Source of the DNA: a virus
Virus record (IMG/VR): IMGVR_UViG_3300005617_000581
Strand: one strand, 5' to 3'
Length of the DNA: 64,000 nt
Shown here: positions 15,072 to 23,730 of the stretch, piece after piece
Position numbering within the stretch: the first letter of the stretch is position 1
Layout: each line of letters opens with the position of its first letter
Translations under genes and position numbers: made by a program
Notes under the pieces: generated by a model
What the model was told of the DNA's origin: nothing
Database searches by the model: none
What the model saw: only the letters and a program-made list of their open reading frames with translations

Positions 15072-17522
15072 GTGACTACACTACCACAAGCCCCGCTAGA
15101 ACCCCGCGACCAGGGGGAACGTATACTCGCGGCCGCGCGGGAGCACGCCGCGGCCGGAGTTCGGATCTTTCCGGTCCACGGACTGCGGCGCGTCGTTGCG
15201 CCCGAAACCGGGGGACTCGACGTCCGCACGGAGCTACGGTGCGGCTGCGGCGACGCCGCGTGCCCCAACCCCGGTAAGCACCCCGTCGGGCTGCTCGTCC
15301 CGAACGGGCACAACGGCGCGACGACCGAGCCGGGCACGATCGACCGGTGGTTTAGGCTGCCGTCGGCCCGCGACGCCAACGGCTGGATCCCGTACAACAT
15401 CGGCGTCGCGACCGGGCGCGGACTGGTCGTCGTCGACGCCGACGTCAAGCAGGCGCGACCCGACCTGCCGACGGGACTGGACGTACTGGACGACTGGGAG
15501 ACGTGGACCCAGGGGACGACGCTTCCCGACACGCTGACGATCCGCACCGGCGGCGGCGGCCGCCACCTGTGGCTGCGCGTCGATCGGAACGTCCGCGTCG
15601 CGGCGCGCAACCGGGTACTGCCCGGGATCGACCTGAAGGGCGACGGCGGCTACGTCCTGGCGACGCCGTCGCTGCACGTTTCGGGCCGCTACTACGAGGT
15701 AGCGCGCGACCTGGAGGCCGCCGAGGCGTCCGTCGAGCTGGTCGCGTGGCTGCTAACGGTCCGCGGCGGCCGCTACGTCACCAAGCGCGCGGGCGACGCC
15801 GCGGGCGTCGTCCCGGACGAGTACGACTTTAGGGCGATCGTCGGCGGCGTCCGCGGCTGCGCGGCCGGGCATCGGGACTACTTCGTCAACGACCTGTGCT
15901 TCAGGCTGCGGCGCGCCGGCTCGACGGTCGAGGAGGCCGCCCGGGCCCTCAGGCGCGAGTGGCTGCGCATGGAGCAGCCCGCGGGCGACGAGTTTCCGTG
16001 GGAGTCCTGCCTGTACAAGCTGCGCCGCGTCTGGGACGAGGTCACGCCGCAGGAGGTCGTCGACATACCGGCGTGGCGACCGCCGTCGGCCGCGTCGGCG
16101 ACGTCCGGCGCCGTCGAGCCCGAGGACGACGACGGACTCGGCGGGCTGTCGGCCGCCGAGGCGCTGGTCCGGCCGGAGCTGACGTTCCTGCTGACGGACA
16201 CCGGCAACGGGATCCGGTTCGCCCAGCGGATGCGCGAGGTCGTCCGCTACTGCCCGGGCGAAAATAGGTGGTACACCTGGGACGGACTCCGGTGGCGGCT
16301 GGACGCCAAGCGCGAGTCCTTCCTCCTAACGGAGGAGGTCGTCAAGGACCTGTACGTCGAGGCCTCGCGGCTGCCCGAGCACGAGCGCGACCGGGTCGAG
16401 CGCTGGGCGATCACCAGCCAGTCCGTCGCCCGCCGCGAGGCGATGCTGTCCGCCGCGGGGGCGCAGCCCGGGATCGCGATCGAACCGGACGACATGGATC
16501 GGGACCCGTGGCTGCTGGTCGTCCGCAACGGGACGCTGGACCTGCGGACCGGCGCGCTGCGCGCGTCGGACCCGCGGGACCTATGCACGCGGCTCGCCGA
16601 GGTCGACTTCGACGCCGGGTCGCGGGCGCCGCTGTGGCTGAAGCACGTCGAGTTCGTCACCGACGGCGACGACGTGCTCGCCGAGTGGCTGCGCAGGGCC
16701 GTCGGCTACACGCTGACGGGACTGACGGACGAGCAGAAGCTGTTCTTCCTGTGGGGCAACGGCGCCAACGGCAAGTCCACGTTCGTCGACGTCGTCGCCT
16801 CGATGCTCGGCTCGTACGCCGCGCAGGCGGACGCGGGACTGCTGGTCGGCGAGCGCGAGCACCCGACGCAGCTCGCCGGGCTGCGCGGGGCGCGGCTCGT
16901 CGTCGCGGACGAGACCGAGGCCGGGCGCAGGCTCGCCGAGCGCCGGATCAAGGCCCTGACCGGCGGCAAGAAGGTCCGGGCGCGCTACATGCGCCAGGAC
17001 TACTTCGAGTTCACGCCCCGCTTTAAGATCTGGATCACGGGCAACCACAAGCCGGAGGTCGCCGGTACGGACGGCGGGATCTGGCGCCGCCTCAAGCTCG
17101 TCCCGTTCCGCGCGACGCTGGACGACGACCGCCGGATCCTAGGATACGACGAGGTGCTCCACCAGGAGCTGCCGGGCATACTGAACTGGGCCTTAGACGG
17201 ACTCGCCGCCTGGCGGACGATCGGCGGACTCGGCGAGCCCGAGGTCGTCGGCGAGGCGACGCGCGAGTACCGGTCGGAGGAGGACACGATCGGGCTGTGG
17301 CTGTCGGAGCGCGCGGACCTGGGGGTACGGGACGCCGCCGCGGCGAACGCGCAGCTGTACGAGTCCTACCGCTGGTGGTGCCACGCCAACGGGATCCAGG
17401 ACGTCCGGTCGAACGTCGCGCTCGGCCGGGAGCTCGCCGCGCGCGGACTCAGGCGGGAGATCGTCAAGCTGGACGGCAAGACCACCCGCGTCTGGTACGG
17501 CGTCGCGCTGCGCGAGCAGTAG
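15072..17522 (+). CDS. Bifunctional DNA primase-polymerase / D5-type helicase (prim-pol N-terminus, P4-type primase C-terminal NTPase)
   Basis: The N-terminus GVRIFPVHG...HPVGLLVPNGH is prim-pol-like. The C-terminus has Walker A GNGANGKSTF and Walker B LVVADE. Start is placed at in-frame GTG 15072 with the GAAGGAGG RBS. The ORF track opens at 14496, but that stretch overlaps the divergent minus-strand gene. Confidence 0.8.
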   Translation: MTTLPQAPLEPRDQGERILAAAREHAAAGVRIFPVHGLRRVVAPETGGLDVRTELRCGCGDAACPNPGKHPVGLLVPNGHNGATTEPGTIDRWFRLPSARDANGWIPYNIGVATGRGLVVVDADVKQARPDLPTGLDVLDDWETWTQGTTLPDTLTIRTGGGGRHLWLRVDRNVRVAARNRVLPGIDLKGDGGYVLATPSLHVSGRYYEVARDLEAAEASVELVAWLLTVRGGRYVTKRAGDAAGVVPDEYDFRAIVGGVRGCAAGHRDYFVNDLCFRLRRAGSTVEEAARALRREWLRMEQPAGDEFPWESCLYKLRRVWDEVTPQEVVDIPAWRPPSAASATSGAVEPEDDDGLGGLSAAEALVRPELTFLLTDTGNGIRFAQRMREVVRYCPGENRWYTWDGLRWRLDAKRESFLLTEEVVKDLYVEASRLPEHERDRVERWAITSQSVARREAMLSAAGAQPGIAIEPDDMDRDPWLLVVRNGTLDLRTGALRASDPRDLCTRLAEVDFDAGSRAPLWLKHVEFVTDGDDVLAEWLRRAVGYTLTGLTDEQKLFFLWGNGANGKSTFVDVVASMLGSYAAQADAGLLVGEREHPTQLAGLRGARLVVADETEAGRRLAERRIKALTGGKKVRARYMRQDYFEFTPRFKIWITGNHKPEVAGTDGGIWRRLKLVPFRATLDDDRRILGYDEVLHQELPGILNWALDGLAAWRTIGGLGEPEVVGEATREYRSEEDTIGLWLSERADLGVRDAAAANAQLYESYRWWCHANGIQDVRSNVALGRELAARGLRREIVKLDGKTTRVWYGVALREQ

Positions 17523-17657
17523 GGACTCGGCGGGGACCGAGGTAGGGGACTCGTGTAGATGTTGGTAGATACGTTGTGCGCGGGTTCGCGGGTTGAGAAA
17601 TCGAGGTTGGTGCGCGCGAGAGCGTAACGGGAGGCCCGCGGGCGTAACCTGAATGTG

Positions 17658-17696
17658 AGTGAGAGGTGGGTTGCGGTTACGGACGGGTTACGGACG
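17658..17696. repeat. Iteron-like direct repeats GGGTTGCGG-[GTTACGGACG]x2-GGGTTGCGG
   Basis: Read directly. The tandem GTTACGGACG units are flanked by two GGGTTGCGG copies. Further CGTAACGG/GTTACGG copies occur at about 17619, 17643, 17797 and 17925. Confidence 0.5.
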
Positions 17697-17744
17697 AGGG
17701 TTGCGGGAGTGAGGGGCGTGATAAATCATGTGAGTGAGCGCGCT

Positions 17745-17935
17745 GAGCTGGTATCAGGTAGTAGTAGATCTAGTATTAGTGAATAAAAAAGTTACGGATA
17801 ACAGATTTAAAGCCCGCAACGAGTATAGTGCGCGCGACTACTGGAGATAGTTGACTACGCTCGATAGGATCACGACGAGCTGGGGAAACGAAAATCACTA
17901 TAGAGCAATGCACGAGTAATGTGTACCCGTAACGG
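17745..17935. promoter_or_regulatory. AT-rich non-coding core (candidate replication origin / early promoter region) downstream of primase gene
   Basis: The approx 450-bp gap 17523-17970 has no credible ORF. GC drops sharply (GTAGTAGTAGATCTAGTATTAGTGAATAAAAAAG). It is adjacent to the iteron-like repeats. Confidence 0.35.
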
Positions 17936-17970
17936 GATCGGGGGGACTCGGGCGGAAGGAATCGAGGAAC

Positions 17971-18714
17971 GTGGCAGGTAATCGACGTCGAATCTGGGGC
18001 TGGGAACCCGGGATGTCGACCGAGGAGCTCGCCGAGATCGAACGGTCGATCCGGGACGCGCAGGAGTTCATTCGGACGGGGAGGTACCTGCGGGTCGAGG
18101 TAGACAGGGACCCCAACGGGGAGGTAGTAGGCTGGGAACTACCTACGGGAAGGGGACCGGACACGCCGCCGTGCGGCGAGTTCCTGCGGTCGGATCCGAC
18201 GCGGACGTGCACGCGGTTCGCCGGGGCGGGGACGCAGCACCCGGGGGTAGGTCCCTGCGCGTGGCACGCACGAGGACTCGGACGAGGAACGGGAGCGTGG
18301 ATAGTGGCACACGCGTTCGCGCGGGCGCTCGACGTCAGTCCCTGGGAGGGGCTGCTGACGGCGGTCAAGATCGCCGCTGGGCGCGTGGCGTTCATCGAGG
18401 CGAAGCTGGGTGAGGCATCGTGCGACGATGACCTGCTTCCGTCCGGGTACCTATGGCACTGGGTCATACAGGCGGAGAAGTGGCACGAGCGCCTCGCCAA
18501 GGTGTCGAAGCTCGCGATCGACGCGGGCGTCGCCGAGCGCCTGGTTAGGCAGCTGGAACTCGAGGCGCAGCTGATGCTGCGCGCGACGTCGATCACGCTG
18601 GACGAACTGGGACTCGACGACGACACGAGGAGGCGAGCGCTGGGTATTATGAGTCGCACGCTCCTCGCCTTGGAAGCGGAGGAGTCCGGCGTAGTAAGGG
18701 AAGACGAGGAGTGA
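17971..18714 (+). CDS. Hypothetical protein (alternative ATG start at 18013)
   Basis: 247-aa ORF that is the first gene of the rightward small-gene block. Confidence 0.5.
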   Translation: MAGNRRRIWGWEPGMSTEELAEIERSIRDAQEFIRTGRYLRVEVDRDPNGEVVGWELPTGRGPDTPPCGEFLRSDPTRTCTRFAGAGTQHPGVGPCAWHARGLGRGTGAWIVAHAFARALDVSPWEGLLTAVKIAAGRVAFIEAKLGEASCDDDLLPSGYLWHWVIQAEKWHERLAKVSKLAIDAGVAERLVRQLELEAQLMLRATSITLDELGLDDDTRRRALGIMSRTLLALEAEESGVVREDEE

Positions 18715-18887
18715 CGACTCACGTGGAGCTCGTTGAGGACCTATCCGTTGACGAGGTCGTCGAGATCTTAAACGCCGCGTACGACCGCTACGACTACCCG
18801 CAGCTCGACAGGTACGTCATCGAGATGCTGATCAACCTCGCCGAGCGGGACGGCGTCAGGTTCTACCGAAAGTGGAGTGACAGGTGA
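18711..18887 (+). CDS. Hypothetical small protein (58 aa)
   Basis: GTG start overlapping the upstream stop (GTGA). Acidic protein. Confidence 0.35.
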   Translation: MTTHVELVEDLSVDEVVEILNAAYDRYDYPQLDRYVIEMLINLAERDGVRFYRKWSDR

Positions 18888-18981
18888 GTAACCGCGTTAA
18901 GATCAGGCCGCAACACCCACTGGCGGTTCCGTCCGTCGGGCGTAAGCGTCGGCGCAGGCATAAGGCGAGGAAGATCGTAAG

Positions 18982-19101
18982 ATGAACCTAGTCTGGCTGG
19001 CCGTGGCGTTCGTCATCGGCGTATCGATGGGAGCGATCATAACGATGGCGCTCGTCGCGGCGTCGATCCGTAGGCAGTTCCGGAACCACTTTTGGTCATA
19101 G
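18982..19101 (+). CDS. Possible 39-aa membrane peptide
   Basis: ATG ORF MNLVWLAVAFVIGVSMGAIITMALVAASIRRQFRNHFWS, which is one transmembrane helix. Confidence 0.3.
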   Translation: MNLVWLAVAFVIGVSMGAIITMALVAASIRRQFRNHFWS

Positions 19102-19113
19102 GGGAGGAACCTG

Positions 19114-19437
19114 ATGATCCAAGTCTTTCGCTACGAGGTTCCCGTCGACGAGGCGTGGCACGCGTACGATCTTAACGGCCCCGTGCTGCACGTCGGCTGC
19201 CGTAAGGTCGACGTCGTCGAATTTTGGGCGGAGGTCCACGGCGGCGTCCTGCCGGTCGTGCGCCGCCTGCGCGTCTACGGCACCGGCCAGCCGGTACCCA
19301 GCGGCGCGGCCTACCGCGGCACCGCGCTGACGCCGCCGTTTCTCAGCGGCAGCGCCGCACACGGCATTCAGGTCGCGTACGGCACCCTGGTCTGGCACCT
19401 CTACGAGCACCCGCTCGACACGGTGTCGGAGTCCTGA
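19114..19437 (+). CDS. Hypothetical protein
   Basis: 107-aa ORF with RBS GGGGAGGAA upstream. Confidence 0.5.
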   Translation: MIQVFRYEVPVDEAWHAYDLNGPVLHVGCRKVDVVEFWAEVHGGVLPVVRRLRVYGTGQPVPSGAAYRGTALTPPFLSGSAAHGIQVAYGTLVWHLYEHPLDTVSES

Positions 19438-19486
19438 GCTATCGTGATCGACGCGAAATATTTCGCCGAGGAGAGGAGAACGAGAC

Positions 19487-19948
19487 GTGAACCAGGAAAG
19501 AATTCGCCTGTGGGTCGAGGCCCTGCGCTCCGGTAGCTACAGGCAGGCCCGCCACAAGCTCAAGGTAGCCCTGCGCGACTCGGACGGAAATTTGACCGAG
19601 GACGTCGGCTACTGCTGCCTCGGCGTCATGTGTGAGGTGGCGATCGCGAACGGCCTGAACCTGGCCACCGAGGAGGAACCCGGCGACGCCGAGCCGTACT
19701 ACCGCTACGGCGTCCCGGGTCGGCCCGAGTCGTGGTCCGGAGGCTACCCGCCGAGCGTCGTCCTGGACTGGTACGGCATCGGCGGCACCGCTGACGGCGG
19801 CCCGATCTACGTCGGCAGCCACCCCGACGGGAAGCGCATCTACGCCGTCGAGGCGAACGACGACATCCGCTGGGACTTCAACAGGATCGCCGACGGCGTC
19901 GAGCGGATCTACCTGACCGATCCGACCGCCGAGGAGGTCGCGTCGTGA
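19487..19948 (+). CDS. Hypothetical protein, paralogue family member 1 (RYCCLGV family)
   Basis: Shares ER(I/V)xLWVxALRSGxY ... RYCCLGVxCEVA..NGL ... DWYG ... FxRIAD..ExIYL with three neighbouring genes. GTG start preceded by GAGAGGAGAACGAGAC. Confidence 0.6.
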   Translation: MNQERIRLWVEALRSGSYRQARHKLKVALRDSDGNLTEDVGYCCLGVMCEVAIANGLNLATEEEPGDAEPYYRYGVPGRPESWSGGYPPSVVLDWYGIGGTADGGPIYVGSHPDGKRIYAVEANDDIRWDFNRIADGVERIYLTDPTAEEVAS

Positions 19949-20364
19949 GCGTGAACAAGGAGCGGGTCGCGCTGCTCGTCGCGGCGCTGCGCTCGGGACG
20001 CTACGCCCAGGGGCGGGGCGCCCTGAAGCGCCAGCGTCCCGACGACCGGTACTGCTGCCTCGGCGTGGCGTGCGTCGTCGCGGCCGAGAACGGCCTGCAG
20101 CTGCGGACGGAAAATTTCGTAAACGCCGTCAAGTTCGGCGATCCCGGCGACTTCGCCGCCGACGCCAGCTGGTCGATCCTGCCGTCGTCGGTGCGCGACT
20201 GGTTCGGGTTCGTCCTGGGTGATCCGATCCTCACCGGCGAGGACGGCCGGAACAAGGGCGCCGCCGTCTGGAACGACGACTACGCGCGCGACTTCGCGTG
20301 GATCGCCGACGCCTTCGAGCGTACCTTCCTTACCGATACGCCGAACCAGGAGGTGCCGTCGTGA
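19945..20364 (+). CDS. Hypothetical protein, paralogue family member 2
   Basis: Same motif set as member 1 (RYCCLGVACVVA, DWFG, FAWIADAFE). GTGA-type overlap start. Confidence 0.6.
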   Translation: MSVNKERVALLVAALRSGRYAQGRGALKRQRPDDRYCCLGVACVVAAENGLQLRTENFVNAVKFGDPGDFAADASWSILPSSVRDWFGFVLGDPILTGEDGRNKGAAVWNDDYARDFAWIADAFERTFLTDTPNQEVPS

Positions 20365-20774
20365 ACGTCGACCGGGAGCGCGTTAAGCTGTGGGTAGACG
20401 CCCTGCGCTCGAGCGAGTTCGAGCAGGGATACAGCCTGCTCAGGACGCCCGAGGGGCGCTACTGCTGCCTGGGCGTCGCCTGCGAGGTCGCGCGCCGTAA
20501 CGGCCTCGAGCTGGACAGCTGGAAGGACGAGGACGGCGACGTGGCGTACGGCGAACGCCACGGCTCGGACTGGTCGACGACGCAGCTGCCGGGCCAGGTC
20601 GCGGATTGGTACGGCTTCGTCGACGACGCGGGCAACTCCGTGGTAGATCCGCCGCTCGGCCGCGGTCCCGACGCCTACGTCGCGACGTTCGTCAACGACT
20701 CGCTGGACGCAAATTTTTCGCGGATCGCGGACCTGGTCGAGCAGATCTACCTGGCCCCGAAGGAGGAGAAGTGA
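20361..20774 (+). CDS. Hypothetical protein, paralogue family member 3
   Basis: In-frame GTG 20361 overlaps the upstream stop. Motifs RYCCLGVACEVA, DWYG and FSRIADLVEQIYL are present. Confidence 0.6.
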   Translation: MNVDRERVKLWVDALRSSEFEQGYSLLRTPEGRYCCLGVACEVARRNGLELDSWKDEDGDVAYGERHGSDWSTTQLPGQVADWYGFVDDAGNSVVDPPLGRGPDAYVATFVNDSLDANFSRIADLVEQIYLAPKEEK

Positions 20775-21151
20775 CGGACAACCTACCGGCGGTTACCGAC
20801 GAGCAGGTCGCGGAGCTCGAGCGGCTCCACGCCGAGAACCGCGGTCGCGACGCCGTCGCCCTGCGCGAACCGGAGCGCGATCCGAACCGGCGGCGTACGC
20901 TTCCCGCGAACGCGTACGTCCGGCCGGGCCTCGGGGACCTGCCGCTGTCCGTGCAGCTGCGGGCGGCGTTCCGGCTGCTCAACGAGACGCTGCTGCCGCT
21001 GATCGACTCGGTCGAGGAGCAGCAGCCCGAGGTGCTGCAGTGCTCGGTCTGCCAGCGCAACCTCGGCGGCTGGCCGCTGCGCGTCCTGGAGGAGCACTAC
21101 TTCCAGCACACGTGGCTGCAGCGGCGCCTGGCGAAGATCGGAATCCGGTAG
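20771..21151 (+). CDS. Hypothetical protein
   Basis: GTG 20771 overlaps the upstream stop. About 126 aa with a CSVCQ segment. Confidence 0.45.
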   Translation: MTDNLPAVTDEQVAELERLHAENRGRDAVALREPERDPNRRRTLPANAYVRPGLGDLPLSVQLRAAFRLLNETLLPLIDSVEEQQPEVLQCSVCQRNLGGWPLRVLEEHYFQHTWLQRRLAKIGIR

Positions 21152-21160
21152 GAGGTCGCC

Positions 21161-21412
21161 GTGGCCTACACGCACGGTACCGCGGGAACGTATGGGCGCG
21201 GCTGCAGGTGCGCCGAGTGCCGCGAGGCCTGGCGGGTCTACAGCGTCGCCCGGCGCGCGGTTCGCGCCGAGCTGCTGCGCAACGATCCGACGCTGGTCGC
21301 CCACGGCCGGACGTCTACCTACGACAACTGGGGCTGCCGGTGCGACGAGTGCCGCGTCGCGGGGTCCGAGACCCTCCGGCGGCGTCGCCGCCACCGTCAC
21401 CGGTTTAGCTAG
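21161..21412 (+). CDS. Small Cys-rich protein with duplicated GTxGYxxGCRCxxCR motif (putative zinc-binding nucleic-acid-binding protein)
   Basis: AYTHGTAGTYGRGCRCAECREAW and GRTSTYDNWGCRCDECRVAG are two copies of one motif, followed by a basic tail RRRRRHRHR. Confidence 0.45.
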   Translation: MAYTHGTAGTYGRGCRCAECREAWRVYSVARRAVRAELLRNDPTLVAHGRTSTYDNWGCRCDECRVAGSETLRRRRRHRHRFS

Positions 21413-21436
21413 GAACGATCAGACAGGAGGAACAAG

Positions 21437-21901
21437 GTGACTAACCGCGAACGTATTCAGAAGTTCGTCGACGGGCTGCGCTTCGGCGGCTACCGGCAGT
21501 ACTACGGCGGCCTCGGGCGCCGCGAGCCCGGGACGGGCGACCGGTTCTGCGCGCTCGGCGTGGCCTGCGAGGTGGCCCGCGCGAACGGCCTGGACGTCGG
21601 CGTCGACTATTCGGCGTTCGGCGGCTTTGTGAGTTACTACGACCCGGCGGATCCGACCCTTAAGACGGCGGAGGTGCTGCCGCGGCTGGTCGCCGACTGG
21701 TACGGCGTCGCCGAGCTGGGCATGCCGGTCGGCGTGACGCACGACGAGGTGCTCGCGCTCAACCCCGGGATCGTCTTCGGCCCGGGCTACGACGGCCGCG
21801 CGACGGACCTGGTGTCGCTGAACGACGGCGTCCGCCTGACGTTCGCGCAGATCGCGGACCTGGTCGAGCGCACGTACCTGAAGGAGGACGACCCGGTCTA
21901 G
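21437..21901 (+). CDS. Hypothetical protein, paralogue family member 4
   Basis: Contains RFCALGVACEVARANGL, DWYG and FAQIADLVERTYL. Separated from members 1-3 by two unrelated genes. Confidence 0.55.
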   Translation: MTNRERIQKFVDGLRFGGYRQYYGGLGRREPGTGDRFCALGVACEVARANGLDVGVDYSAFGGFVSYYDPADPTLKTAEVLPRLVADWYGVAELGMPVGVTHDEVLALNPGIVFGPGYDGRATDLVSLNDGVRLTFAQIADLVERTYLKEDDPV

Positions 21902-22064
21902 CACCGTGTCGAACCGGCGTGCTACGGTGGTCGTAAGTTGCAGAATCCACGATCACCGCCCGACGTGCCCCGGTCCGAGTTCACCAGCTCGGCCGGGGCT
22001 CCGTCAACTTCGAGGATTGGCGAGTGAGGAAACCCGACACGATGTCGTCGAACGGACTACCCTG

Positions 22065-22616
22065 GTGCGCGTGACCGACTTTTTCGTCGCCGCGCAGGCG
22101 ATCCGCTACGACGGCACGAACGCCGTGGCAGTTAATGCGTTCGTTCAGACCGCCAACGTCCAGGTAGGTACGTACCTGGGCTGGGAAAACCCGACCGTCA
22201 CCGAGAACGCCGGGGTGTTGACCGTTACGACGCGCCCGCCTGAGTGGGCGCTGCCCCTGCAGGTCGCGACCGGCCAGTGGCTGGTGCTGGAGGACTCGCG
22301 GTTCCAGGCGTTCGACCACCCGGTGTTCACGGCGCTGCACCGCCGAAACCAGCCGAACATCACGACCGTCGCGGCGGCGCCCGTCCCGGGTATCGCCGCG
22401 CTGTCCAGCGTTCAGGTCAACGTTGACCTGCCGCTGGCGTTCTCCGCCACCGGCGCGTACCAGGCCACCGCGTACCTGGTCGGAGCGACGGCGGGAATCT
22501 CGATCGGACTGGTCGGCAAGCTCGACGTCGACACGGTGCGGGTGCGCGTCGACGCGACCGTCGCGTTTAGCGGCTCGGCGCAGGTCCTCGTCGTGGCGAC
22601 GGGGGATCCCGCCTAG
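22065..22616 (+). CDS. Hypothetical protein
   Basis: The ORF is open from 21906, but the first plausible in-frame start is GTG 22065/22071. A 165-bp gap with a hairpin precedes it. Confidence 0.4.
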   Translation: MRVTDFFVAAQAIRYDGTNAVAVNAFVQTANVQVGTYLGWENPTVTENAGVLTVTTRPPEWALPLQVATGQWLVLEDSRFQAFDHPVFTALHRRNQPNITTVAAAPVPGIAALSSVQVNVDLPLAFSATGAYQATAYLVGATAGISIGLVGKLDVDTVRVRVDATVAFSGSAQVLVVATGDPA

Positions 22617-22634
22617 GAGGTAAAAATCCAAGAT

Positions 22635-22919
22635 ATGGAACCCGGCGTGTCGGCTAGGTTGCGCTACGTCCGCACGAAGCGAGGCGAGCTGCGCTGTGCC
22701 TCGCCGTGGTGCAAAAAGATCATCTACAACACGCAGGCCGAGGCCGAGCGGGAGGCGCGCTACCTGGCGCGCCTGCGCGACGAACCGGTGATGCGGGCCT
22801 ACCGCGACCACGGAGGCTGGCACCTGACGTCGCGGACGAACGAGGACGTGCAGCGTAAGCGCCTGCTCCACCACATCTACTGGATGTTGTGGCGCGAACT
22901 ACGAAGGAGGGCGTCGTGA
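22635..22919 (+). CDS. Hypothetical protein
   Basis: 94-aa ORF with RBS GGAGGT. Confidence 0.45.
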   Translation: MEPGVSARLRYVRTKRGELRCASPWCKKIIYNTQAEAEREARYLARLRDEPVMRAYRDHGGWHLTSRTNEDVQRKRLLHHIYWMLWRELRRRAS

Positions 22920-23281
22920 CTCGACAGCTACTGTTCTCGGTTACGCTCAAGGACTGCGAGGTGCAGCACTTTCGCTCCGGCGGCAAGGGTGGCCAGAACC
23001 AGAACAAGCGCGACACCGGCTGCCGGATCATTCACCACCCGTCGGGCGCGCGCGGTGAATCGCGCGAGGAGCGCTCGCAGCTGCAGAACAAGCGCGCCGC
23101 GTTTAGGCGCATGGCCGCGACGTCGCAGTTTAAGATCTGGATCGCGCGCCAGACGTTCGAGTACGACCAGCGCAGCCGGCTCGGCGATCCGACCAAGCGG
23201 TGGTCCGGCGAGCTGCGCGACGAGGACCTACTGATCGAGGTTCGGCGTCACGGTATCTGGCACAGTGTCGAAAACCTATGA
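22916..23281 (+). CDS. GGQ-motif release-factor-like protein (ArfB/YaeJ-type peptidyl-tRNA hydrolase domain)
   Basis: HFRSGGKGGQNQNKRDTGCRIIHHPSG matches the class-I release-factor GGQ catalytic loop (SGxGGQxVNKxxSAVRxxH). GTG start overlaps the upstream stop, with RBS AAGGAGG. Confidence 0.6.
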   Translation: MTRQLLFSVTLKDCEVQHFRSGGKGGQNQNKRDTGCRIIHHPSGARGESREERSQLQNKRAAFRRMAATSQFKIWIARQTFEYDQRSRLGDPTKRWSGELRDEDLLIEVRRHGIWHSVENL

Positions 23282-23325
23282 TAGGGTCTACCCGGCCTAG
23301 AAAACCACGAGAGGAGAACGAGAAG

Positions 23326-23730
23326 ATGGACGAGCACGACAAGCACGACATATACCGGCGGGTCGCGCGCGGCGCGGCGCTGCTCGACGAGCAGGTTCCC
23401 AACTGGCGCGACCGGATCGACGTCGACCGGCTAAACATGAGGTCCTGTGAGAACTGCGTCCTCGGCCAGCTGTACCTCAACGAGTACGGCGCGCACGACT
23501 GGTCCGCGGGCCTGCAGGCGCTGGGCCTCACGGCCGGCGACACCGCGGACGAGGACTTCGATGACCTGCCCGGCTGTCCCATTGGGAGCGCGGCCAGCTA
23601 CGGGTTCGCGGTGTTCGACGACGAGTTCGAGACCTACGTCGCCGTCAACGACGCGCTCGGCGTCGCGTGGCGCGCGCTGCTGCGCGGCGACGAACCTACT
23701 ATGGCCACCGACGAGGAGGTAACGTCGTGA
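23326..23730 (+). CDS. Hypothetical protein, paralogue pair member A
   Basis: AALLDEQVPNWRDRIDVDRLNMRSCENCVLGQLY is repeated in the next gene. Preceded by CGAGAGGAGAACGAGAAG. Confidence 0.55.
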   Translation: MDEHDKHDIYRRVARGAALLDEQVPNWRDRIDVDRLNMRSCENCVLGQLYLNEYGAHDWSAGLQALGLTAGDTADEDFDDLPGCPIGSAASYGFAVFDDEFETYVAVNDALGVAWRALLRGDEPTMATDEEVTS

